Assembly: GCA_965113315.1 (NCBI GenBank) | Contig: OZ220372.1 | Direction: 5' to 3' (one strand) | From: Podarcis vaucheri | Taxonomy: Eukaryota | Length of the DNA: 64,000 nucleotides | Shown here: positions 50,953 through 61,218 of the stretch, piece by piece | How the letters are laid out: each line of letters begins with the position of its first letter | Numbering within the stretch: the first letter of the stretch is position 1 | The notes under the pieces: model-generated | Seen by the model: only the letters and a program-made list of their open reading frames with translations | Database searches by the model: none | What the model was told of the DNA's origin: nothing | Made by a program: the position numbers and the translations under genes

Positions 50953-52195
50953 TAGCTTGTGAAATACCATCATACGAAAATGGTCATCTGCCTCTAAATT
51001 TTCTCACTCATTTCCCACATCCTTCAAATAAATGCAATGGTAGTTAAGCGTATGAAAGAAGTTAAGGTATATATAAATAAAAACTAGGGAGTCTGTCTGT
51101 CTGTCATCACAATTCTCATTATTACAGTGTCTTTTATTGACTCAGTCTCTCATATTTGCTGTGGATCTTCTGATGTGATTATTTTACAATAGATCTGTTG
51201 AGCTTTGATTCATGTACAGAAAAAGATGACTTCATAAGTATTTATTTACTTAGCAGAATCCTGCCACCAGCAACCAGATTCAGGAAAAAATGTAGCTCAA
51301 TTATGTTTGTGAACAGCTTTAAACATTGCATAAATGTTGCAGTTGTGACCTACAGGCATCTCCCAACTTATTCAGGAATTACATTCTTGGATACTGTATG
51401 TATATGTGAAATCATTTATGGTGGGGAACCGGCTAAAAAGCCTGCAAACTCCTCCAAATCCCATACTGCATGCTGCTTTAAGGATTTTTCAGACAAGATG
51501 GGGTATCAATCTTAAAAATACATTAATAGCAGGAAAGTTTTCATGAGGGGTGTGTGTGCAGGATATTTCATTCGACCCCTCCTGAAACCTACCATAGTCC
51601 AGGCTGGCATGACTCCTGAATAGGAGCATTCTTGCCATGGGCTGGAGAAATATACAAATGTGGGTCCCCATTTGTATATTACTGTCGCCTGTTAAATTAG
51701 CTTTGGGGAGGTACAATCCTAATTGCTTATCTGACAGTGCAATCCAATGCATATCTATGCAGAAGTAAACCTGGGTGGGTGTTCAATGAGACTTTCCCCA
51801 AGGTACATGTCTATAGACCTACAGTTCAAGTAAACACTTCATGAGTACCTAACTAAAAACTTTTTGCAATCTACCGAAAGCTGCTATATACTGTATCTGT
51901 TCAGCTAGCATGAATACAGTTTGCTGTTTCTTAAGTTTTCCCTGAAATTCTAAAGTAAAGAATATGACCTGGTTAAAACTCCCTGGTGATTTCACTGCTG
52001 GTCCTGATCATTATTTTTGTGGCCAAGTGGGATTTCTGCATTTTTCTCCCAGATTTTTGCATGACCCTAGAGAGCTTTGCTACCTTCCTCAGGTGCATAA
52101 CAAACTTTACATGCTTAAAATGAGCTGTTTTTGTTACAAACATCTCCTGTAAGTGGTTCAGTCCTCCTCCCTGTGATGATCTTCTCAGTTACCTA

Positions 52196-52660
52196 CAGAG
52201 GCAGAGCTAGCTGCTCCAGCACCTGGAGCGGGGCACATGCCATGCACCTGGGGCCATGGGGGCGGGGCGAGCGTCCCAGGGAGTGGGGTGAGTGTCCCAG
52301 GGGGGTGCCACCCACGGTGAGCTTCCCAGGGGCGCACTGCAGCCAGCTTCCTGGGGGGGGGAGCTGTGCTGCTTTGCCAGTAGCTTTCCTCCCTTCCTTT
52401 TAATAGCTCAGGGAGGCTTCCCCCCAGGAAGCAGTGCGGGAGTGGGGGGCAATGGTGCGCCACCTGCCCATGACTCCCAAGCATCCCCTGAGCTGGCAAA
52501 GCGAAGGGGGAAGGCTGCCAGGAAGGTGGCGCAGCTCCGCCCCTTCCCCTCAAGGTTCGGGGTAGGCTAGAGAGTCGTGGGCAGGCGGTACGCTGAATGT
52601 CACCCCCCGGTGATGATACCTGGGGCACACCACCCCCACTGCCCCCTTCCTCCACCCCTG
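52196..52660. mobile_element. GC-rich non-autonomous hAT element
   Basis: Perfect 8-bp TSD GTTACCTA (52188-95, 52661-68) and imperfect TIRs CAGAGGCAGAG/CTCCACCCCTG. Confidence 0.88.
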
Positions 52661-55600
52661 GTTACCTAGGTGATACATATGTATCAATGTGAGGTTTAGC
52701 ATGTATTGGATTCTTCCAAGCACAGAAATAAGAATAGGTGACCTTCAGGTTACTTTTAGTCCAAGGCCCTCCGCTTTCCTGCTATTGCCATAGGCTGTAA
52801 ATAGGTGGGATCATTTTGTAAGATTATCAACCCCTGAAAAATTAAGACTTCCCTAGTTTTGGATAGACCATATGTTGCATTGTTTTGTTCCTGCAGTTGT
52901 TCATGCTGTATAGGATCATTCTTGGCATGAAGACAAACCAACACTGTTTTGCAATGTGGCTCCCTTAAGGTAGTCAGTTAGAAGAAAGAGGAGAAAACTT
53001 TAAGCGTGTGAAGGTGAGATAAACAGTATATTCTTAGCAATGCTTAAGACAAGGGCAATAATGAGATAAGCACCTATCATTTTACATTTAATCAGGGAGC
53101 CCACATTTCTAATTTTCCCTTTTCATCCTTTGCTCTTTCAAGAACAAGATGTTTCTTTCCAGATGGCTCCTGTGTATGCAAGGATGGAGATGCACAGCCC
53201 AATCTGTTCAGCTGCAGGCTCCCGCCTGAAAGGCATCTTTAGGTGCTGGAGATGCTAGCCTTTTCACTGTGGTTCAATAGCCCATCCCTTAGCAAATCTG
53301 TTCATTATGGTTCCTTTATTTCCAGCTAAAAAGCCTTTGGAGTAGCTTCCGTTCATAGTCGGCGATAATACTGTTCCAAGGGTCAGCCAATAAGAAGTGC
53401 ACAAATTCAGAAAAGCCTGGCGCTTTCCTGTAGAGGGTGACTTTATTACCATTTGCAAACATGCTCATGCCAGCGTATAATTGTGACTGCAAGCTTTCCT
53501 TGAAATTGTGGCCAATTTTTTTTCTTATTCTGTTGTGTCTGCAAAGACTTTTACATTCCTATCAATGTAGCATCCCGACTGAGACAGCATAGGGAATCAT
53601 TTTAAATGAGATTGACTTCTGGTGTTTGAGCTCAACAAAAAAGGTGCCACACATGTTGTCACAAAGATACTAATTTGTGGCTAGAAACAAAATACACATC
53701 TTTGTTTCAGATGGACTCCAGATATATGGACACTTCTTGATAGAATTTTGAAACCACCTTGTGCTACCTAGTTTCCAAGCTCTATTCACAAACATCCTAA
53801 AGATCAGATCACCTTGCCCTTTGAGATGCTCTCATCTGTATCTCTCAGCAGTTGGGAAACTTAAGTTCTCTTGAAAGGCGCCTGATGGCCCATTGGTCTC
53901 TCTTATTCTTTCTTTTCCCCTTTCCCTCTCTCATGAGCAAAAGGTACGAGGTAGAACATTGGTTTATTTCTGCTTTATTCATTCTTGGCTTTGTGGTACC
54001 TGGTACTTGAAACAACAAGTATGAATGCAATAAGATATGATTGCCAATAAATAGCTGTGTCATATTCATTATGCTGAAAGGTTAAAAGATGTCATGTTTA
54101 ATAATCAGAACATAGCTGCCATTAATATAGTAGACAATATGATTATATATGACACTGTTGACCCTTCATGTTTATTATGCTGTTTCAGGGGGTTAATCAG
54201 GTAGCTACTTGCTTGTTAAAGCATGTGGTTTTTCTTCCCATTGTTGAAACTAAAGTCCCATGATTGTCACAAATGGGAAGTGCTTTCTCATTCCTTATGA
54301 TCTGAAGGTTCCTATCCTGCATAGTAATCCGTGTGAGGGCGCAGATTCTCTGCTTAAGTCAGTAGCTGGAAGACTGAATTTTGGAAATGTCAAACAGGAA
54401 GTATGCACCTACATTTTATCTTTTAAAAATATCCTCTGTTGTACAGGTTATGATGCTTAAAACCCTTAATTCAGAATGTTTGTGAACAGTCCTTGGACAT
54501 ATGCCCTTGTTCCTGCAATCATACACTCCATTTTCCTCTACCCGTTAGATTGATCTGGCATTCAAATCAGACAAACTGTGGTTTGCTCAAACCAGGAAGT
54601 GAGGGAGAGAAATTAAGGGTTCATGGGAAGAGAAGGGATGGAGAACACAAGGGGATAACCAAATGGTCATTCATGATAGTCAAGCCATAGCCTGGCCATT
54701 ACATCTGAACCAGACTAAGCTATTATTTACTGTGAAATGGCTGCCTCTCTAACAGATTTTAGCTTATTTTTTAATTCTTGGTTTGTTAATAGTGTTTTAT
54801 AGATCGTAATCATTTTACTGATGATTTGCTAATTATATTATTTATGCTGTACTTGTGATGTTACATTATTGTTATTTATTGTTGGTAAGTGACTTTGGGA
54901 TTCCTTGCATGGAAAGCAGCATAGAAACACAATAAACCACATCACATCAAGCTGGATTCATGCTGTTTGGAGCCCCTGTCTCTTTCTAAATAAAATCCTT
55001 TAGAATGAAAACAAAAGCAAGCTTTTTACCTAGATAAGACTTCTTTAAATCTTCAGAATCTGTGAGTGATCTATTTCTTATTTTCTATACTCTTCCCTGA
55101 AGTTTGTCTACAGCTTGACTTCGTTTTTGAATCAAGGATTTAGTATGTCAGCCATGTAGGAGGAGTAGTAACAAATAATAGCTGTAAATGTGTTGGTTCA
55201 GATGGTTATCACATCAGATAACTACAGCAGAAACTAGAGGTCCCATGTGGAAAATATTGCCATTACTCATGTAATCTTGGCACCTCAAAGAGCGATGCTG
55301 GTCATGGTCCTAGTGTTTGGCATCAAAGGGCCCAAATAATTCAACCTTTCATGATTGCATTGTATGTTCCCCTTAATGGTTTGTGTTTATAAGAAAATAG
55401 AGAGGATTAAATAGATTGTTGTAAAAAGATACAAAAGGAACTAAGCATCAGATTCGAGTCTTCTTTTCACTTTAGCCAAAGCTAACATCTGTCTGGGGTT
55501 GGTTTTTGTTTGGTTTTGTTTCTTTTGTTTTTCTGATTCTACTTCGGCAGAAGAAAACGCAGCATATAATTCCATTCACCAGAGTTGGTAGTCTTAATCA

Positions 55601-55793
55601 TTGTCCCTAAATCAGGGTGTCTGCTATGTGCTGCAGGGACTAATTGTTTTTCAGAGACGGAATTACAATATCTTTGTGCTTTTGACCTCTGATTACCCCC
55701 AAAACAATATCCACATGAACTTTGCTATTCATAATTTTATACAGGTAACTCACAGATTTATGCTTTTTTAGCAAATGCTTGCGGCTTTATAAA

Positions 55794-56155
55794 AAGGTAA
55801 AGGTACCCCTGCCCATACGGGCCAGTCTTGACAGACTCTAGGGTTGTGCGCTCATCTCACTCTAGAGGCCGGGAGCCAGCGCTGTCCGCAGACACTTCCG
55901 GGTCACGTGGCCAGCGTGACGAAGCTGCTCTGGCGAATCGGCACCAGAGCAGCACACGGAAACGCCGTTTACCTTCCCGCTATAAAGCGGTACCTATTTA
56001 TCTACTTGCACTTAAGGGTGCTTTCGAACTGCTAGGTGGGCAGGAGCTGGGACCGAACGACGGGAGCTCACCCTGCCATGGGGATTCGAACCGCCGACCA
56101 TGCGATCGGCAAGTCCTAGGTGCTGAGGTTTTGCCCACAGCGCCACCCGCGTCCC
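55794..56155 (-). mobile_element. Sauria SINE, same subfamily as 765-1127
   Basis: Head GGGACGCGGGTGGCGCTGTGGG, B box GGTTCGAATCC, ACCTTT tail. Shares the CCCCTGCCC..ACGGGCCAGTCTTGACAGACT segment with copy 1. Partial TSD GCTTTAT (55784-90, 56160-66). Confidence 0.93.
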
Positions 56156-56411
56156 GACAGCTTTATGCATGTTGTCAAATAAGAATAATAATTTTTTTTT
56201 CATGATGTTAAAATGGTGGGGGGAAAGGGAGCAGGAAAGCAGGAGAAAATGGCCAGCAATCCCAGCAGCCTTCATGAGAATGTTTGAGTGCAGAAGAGGC
56301 ACTTGGAGAGGGTGATCCAAGGAGGCCAGAGAGACTTGTGGAAGGGTTTGGAGAGAGAACGGAAGGGTTTGGAGTGTGGAAGAGGTGATTGGTGGAGCTT
56401 CAGACTGCAGA

Positions 56412-57740
56412 ATGGTCCCCAAACGCAACTCTGAGAAACCAAAGGAGCAGTGGGTAGTTTAAATATCCAAATGACAGGGAAGGCTGCAGCTGCAGACAAA
56501 GAGTCTTTGAAAAATCTACCCTGTACAACTAAAGCAACCGCTGGATGGCAAAGCTTATCTTTCAGAGGAAGTCTTCAACACAGATGAGATGAAGCTTTTC
56601 TGGGAGAAAGTGCTTGAGTGGACTTACATGGCCAAAGCTGAAACGCAAACCCCTGGCTTCAAAGATGCAAAGGACTGAGTGACTGTGCCACTCTGTTGCA
56701 ATGCAGCTGGACATTTAATAAAGCCAGGCTCAGTGTCCAGGTCAGATAAACCTTGTGCCCAAAAAGGCAAGAACAAGAACAAGAATCTGCTTTCTGTGTT
56801 TTGGCAATCCAGCAAAAAGACCAGGGTGACTTCTTCATCATTTCTGGATTGTTTCCACAACTGGGCTGGTTCATTCTAGAGGTGAGGAGAAACACCTGAA
56901 GTTTAAAGTGATATTGCATGTGGACAGTGCTTCTGAGCATCACAAGGGACTTTGCACATGGCAAAACAGAGGTTCTCCCCTGCCCCTCATGACTTACTTC
57001 ATCCAGCCTCTGGATCAAGTTGTGATGTGCTGCTTCAGGACTGCTTACACAAAGGTCCTCTTCTGGATTATCAACACAATGGATGCTGATTCAGAAGTCC
57101 TTCAACATTGCCTATGCCAATCAGGCAGTGGATGCAATCAAGCCTGAAACAGTGAATGTATGTTGGTGGCTCTTGTGGAAGGAATGCATGTACAATTTCT
57201 AGGGATTTTCAAGCATTGCCACTGAGGTGGAGGACATTGTGCAGATGGCCAGGTGAGTGGGTGGTGATAGCTTTGTTGATCTCATCCAGGAAGAAGTGGA
57301 AGAGCTAATTGAAGGCCAACAAGTATTTACTGTTGAAGCACTGGAGGAACTGGTCAGATCAAGTACAGAATGTGAGGCTGAAGATGAGGATAAGGATGGT
57401 GAGCATGATCCAGAAGCTGGAACCTGCAGAAATTTTCTCAATTCATTCAAGTAATAAATCATGCAAGTGATCTGATTGCAATTTGGAACACAACCTCAAG
57501 ATAATCTATGGTATTACGGACATTTTGACACTGTACAAGGAAATGTTTGACGAGCTCAGGAGGCAACATCAGCAGCTGTCACTATATTCCTCACAAAGGA
57601 ACCAGCAGCACCAGATGTTCCCGTGTAACCAACCTCTGGACCTGGACCACAGCCAAACACTTCTGGCTACTGATCAACTCTCCTGGTCCTCATATCATCT
57701 GAAGCATCATCCAGAGAGGACGAGAAGGAAGAAGACTTGA
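56412..57740 (+). pseudogene. Decayed Tigger/pogo (TIGD-like, DDE_1) transposase
   Basis: Frameshifted pieces: MVPKR; LNIQMTGKAAAAD; KAYLSEEVFNTDEMKLFWEK...PGFKDAKD*VTVPLCCNAAGHLIKPG...VFWQSSKK; VILHVDSA...FIQPLDQVVMCCFRTAYT; GGDSFVDLIQEEVEELIE; YKEMFDELRRQ. All are colinear with Tigger transposases. Multiple stops and frameshifts. Confidence 0.93.
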
Positions 57741-57829
57741 GAATTGCATTTCTCCCTCACTTGTAAGTACAGCAATTTTAGAAACTGCTTTAAAATGATT
57801 CATAGGGATCATTCTGCCTGTATGTGATT

Positions 57830-57976
57830 TTGCTGCCGGAGCACGATTTCTGTTCTCATCCCGAAGCAACCCGAGGTACTATTTCTGGGTTAACCCGAGG
57901 TACTATTTCTGGGTTAGCGGAGTCTGTAACCTAAAGCGTATGTGACCTGAAGCGTATGTAACCCGAGGTACCACTG
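57830..57976 (-). mobile_element. Half copy of MITE family A, inverted relative to the other two copies
   Basis: Ends TAACCCGAGGTACCACTG-TA and is the reverse complement of the left arm of 19295-19531. Contains a 24-bp tandem duplication (57868-57915). Confidence 0.88.
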
Positions 57977-58861
57977 TATACATTATGACCAGGAGTGTAC
58001 CTTGCATGTAAGATGCTCGTTACCTGTATTCTGCAGTCCTATTGCCCTTCTTGTTTTTATGTTTGCTAAACTAAGCTAGCACCAAACAACATTTTCATAT
58101 TAAGGGAAGAAGACAGGTGAAATTTGCCAGCCCTATCAGCTTGCTTAACTATATTTTGGGCCTTCAGAAAGCACAGTGTACTATCCCACTACAGGTGCTT
58201 CAGATCGGTAGGATTTGGCCCTGTCCTGCTCTGATCATTATGGTGGCATTGGGAATCCCTCTTGCTAATAATATGCTTACACTGTTGGATAAAATTAGTA
58301 GGTTTATAGGTATATGTCCAACCAAGTTTCCCACTATTCTTAATTGTATTGGATAAGGTGCTTGCTTTGCTGTTTAGAGAGTTAATTCTACGTATGACCT
58401 TATTTGTCTATGTATATTGGATTTCTGACTCTCCCAAAGCAACAAATACAATCAAAAGTCCATGTAGTACGAAGTGCTCATTAATAATATTTCCTGAGGA
58501 TCTTTCAATACTGATCCAAATGTCTACCTGAGAAGTTATTTAGAAAGGCAAGGCAAGAGAATTAGGTCTGTTTTCTTTTACTCTTCAGCAAAATTCAGCC
58601 TGAAATCTGGACTAAAGCTATACAAAATATGCATAGTATTTGCATACTATTTTGTCACTAAATACATCTGTCCAAAGATTGCAGCCCCCCTCCCCACCGA
58701 GATGAGCAGTATATACCTTTAGATATCTTTGGATGTCTAAGCAAGTTGCGTAGTCATTCCATTGACTTCCACAATCATTTGGTAACTAGCAGTAATTAGA
58801 TTTTGAGGGGGGAGAAAAAGTCTATACAGTGCCTCCTATGCATATAATATTCTTTGAGGGT

Positions 58862-59200
58862 AGGGGATGGCAAACTATATTTGGACAACTATAGTCCAAA
58901 CTCTTTGGTGCGAAACCTCCAGCCCATGACCTGTAGGGTCACTTTGGCCAAGCCACACCCACCTGCCCTATACCCGACATGGGACATGTAAAGCTGCAGC
59001 TGGGCTGAAAGGGCATTTGCAGGAATTGCCAATCAGTTGATCAGTTGCTGTGTTACCTGCAAAGTTTTACGCAGTGCCCCTTCCAGAGCACTTTGTAAGC
59101 CCTGAACATCAGCTGATGATCTGGGCTTGCAAAGCACAATGTGCAGAGCTTTGGAAGCAGATCAGCTAAGGATTTGCATAATGCTTAATGGACTTTGGGC
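58862..59200. mobile_element. Old hAT-like non-autonomous element with internal palindromes
   Basis: hAT-like left end(s) AGGGGATGGCAAACT / GCGAAACCTCCAGCCC, and a 44-bp palindrome at 59091-59134 (19/22 pairs). Confidence 0.45.
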
Positions 59201-59439
59201 TTGTGCACATTTCTGCTTCTCCTGTGCCTAGAAAGCATCAATCTGAGCTGTTTTTGTCCTGCCACATTCCCAGGGGAAACCTTCTCCCAAACACTGAGTA
59301 AGAGCAAATGTTAATGTGTTGGAAACCCGAATGATGTTTGCTCCAATTCAGTGGTAAAGATTGAGTTTCACCCAGAGGAAAGCAGTGGGACAAATGGAAG
59401 TCTTGATGAGCCCTTAGACTGTACCTCTGTAAATTTGAA

Positions 59440-59515
59440 AACAGTCTGCTGCCCTAGAACATCAGGAAGAACTTTCTGATAGTAAGAGCTGTTTGACAGT
59501 GCAACAACTGCATTC
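59440..59515 (+). mobile_element. CR1 LINE ORF2 3' fragment
   Basis: AACATCAGGAAGAACTTTCTGATAGTAAGAGCTGTTTGACAGTGCAAC = NIRKNFLIVRAV*QCN, matching the CR1 C-terminal motif. Confidence 0.7.
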
Positions 59516-61168
59516 TGCAGTTAGGAGGTCACTGCAGAAAAGGTCCTATCTTTGTTGCATACAGGAAGGCCTCAGCTGAAGCTCTTAAGGGTTTAAATGT
59601 GAGCTCTAGCACAATCTGGGGAAATACAGATCAATTTTAGGCTTTTATTTATGTAGTTGTTTTTTGTGGTTTTGTAACCAGGCTGAACACTCTTCCTGTT
59701 GGAAGAGTTACTGTTAGCTTGAAATTAGTGGGCAATCCAACTGCTGATACATTCGTCCATTGATTTCAATGCAGTGTGCACTGAGTATGGCTAGTGTTAG
59801 ATTTCACCTTATGTTCTTATAATGTAACAAAAGAAGTTGGCTGGTTCAGGACAGGAAATCAATTTTACTGCCTTGTTCAGTGAAAGTTTGCTGAGTACTG
59901 CTTTGAGGTCAGTCACTTAACCACTTCTTCAGTGTCTAAATGTTACAGCTGAAAACACTACTGTATAGTGTGTTGATTAAAAAGTAAATCGCAGGCAAAT
60001 ATGTAGCTTAGTCCAAGAATATAGTGCTCTCAGAAGAACAGCTTGATCAACAGAAAAGGTGGTGAGTCTGTTTTCTCTTACATGAAAGAACAGGTCCTTG
60101 GTGGTCACAGAACAACAGTCACAATAATGGTACAATCATTTGTCATTCAAAGCAACAGAAGAGCTCACAAGCACACATTTGCAGTGCTTTTATTTAGACT
60201 GACTAAACAGCTGTTGCTTTAGTTTTTCTGACCTACCTGAAATGCTGACAGCAAGCTTTGCTTTATGCACTATTTGATAGGTAGGTTACAAACATTAATC
60301 ATAAAGAATGGGTCACGCATTTCTTCCAGAATATTTGACATCCAGTGCTTTGCTTGCAAGTATTATTCTTCTCCATTATAACCTCACAGTGTTAGCTAAC
60401 AGGCATGTGAAGAGGAAATCCACCACTCTAGAGCACTTTTCACCCACATCTTCAGTGTTGATTGCACAGGCTGCCAAAGACACTTCTAGTAGGCTACCGT
60501 CTATCAAACTTGGATGCCTCTTCTCAACTTGGAAAAACCCCTCTTCACTCGCTGCAGCAGCACCATTGCAAGAAAGAGCTTTTACTTTCTTGCAATGGTG
60601 CTGGTTTTCCACCCTGTCACAGTGTTGGGCTAGGACAGAGCTGTCTTTCCTCCTAGCCCAGCACTGCAATAGGAAGTACATGTAATACAAAGAAACATTT
60701 CCCCAGTAAGCTGTTTATTGGTGGTGGTGGTGGGATTGGCAACCAGTGTTAGAAACTGAGATATAAAAGCTAAGAGCTTAAATGATATCTTAAACCTAAG
60801 TTAAAGGTGCCACAATGGAGTGTCTAGGTGTGTTTTTTTATAACAAGAATGCAAAGCTGAAAATGAATGAACTACAGCTAAAATCTTAATCCTTTTTCAC
60901 ATGGTCTAGTCCTCATCTGAAGACTGCAAAAAACAAAGCCATACTTCCCCTGCCCGTCACCCTAATATTCTTATGATAGTCCCTTCTCCAGAGAGTGGCT
61001 AGAAGTAGGGAGGCAGAAAAAAATCTTCCTTTTCTTCCAGCAGTGGCAGTTTTAATCTGAAGTCTTATGCACAGTACTGCACCCAGACCTCAGAAACTGC
61101 TTGCATTAATGAAATTCCCTGTTGCAAAATGCACCTAGAACAATGAGAGTTTTGAATGCTGGAGGCAA

Positions 61169-61179
61169 CTCTCTCTCTC

Positions 61180-61216
<37 letters not shown>
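61169..61216. repeat. Compound (CT)n(GT)n microsatellite
   Basis: Seen directly. Confidence 0.98.

Positions 61217-61218
<2 letters not shown>

Noticed and set aside
52185-52655. Second CpG island or 156-aa ORF
   Set aside because: Bounded by a perfect 8-bp TSD and TIR-like ends, so it is a GC-rich hAT element.
60308-60690. Overlapping 104-125 aa ORFs on both strands
   Set aside because: No recognisable homology, and the openness is partly explained by the palindromic sequence.
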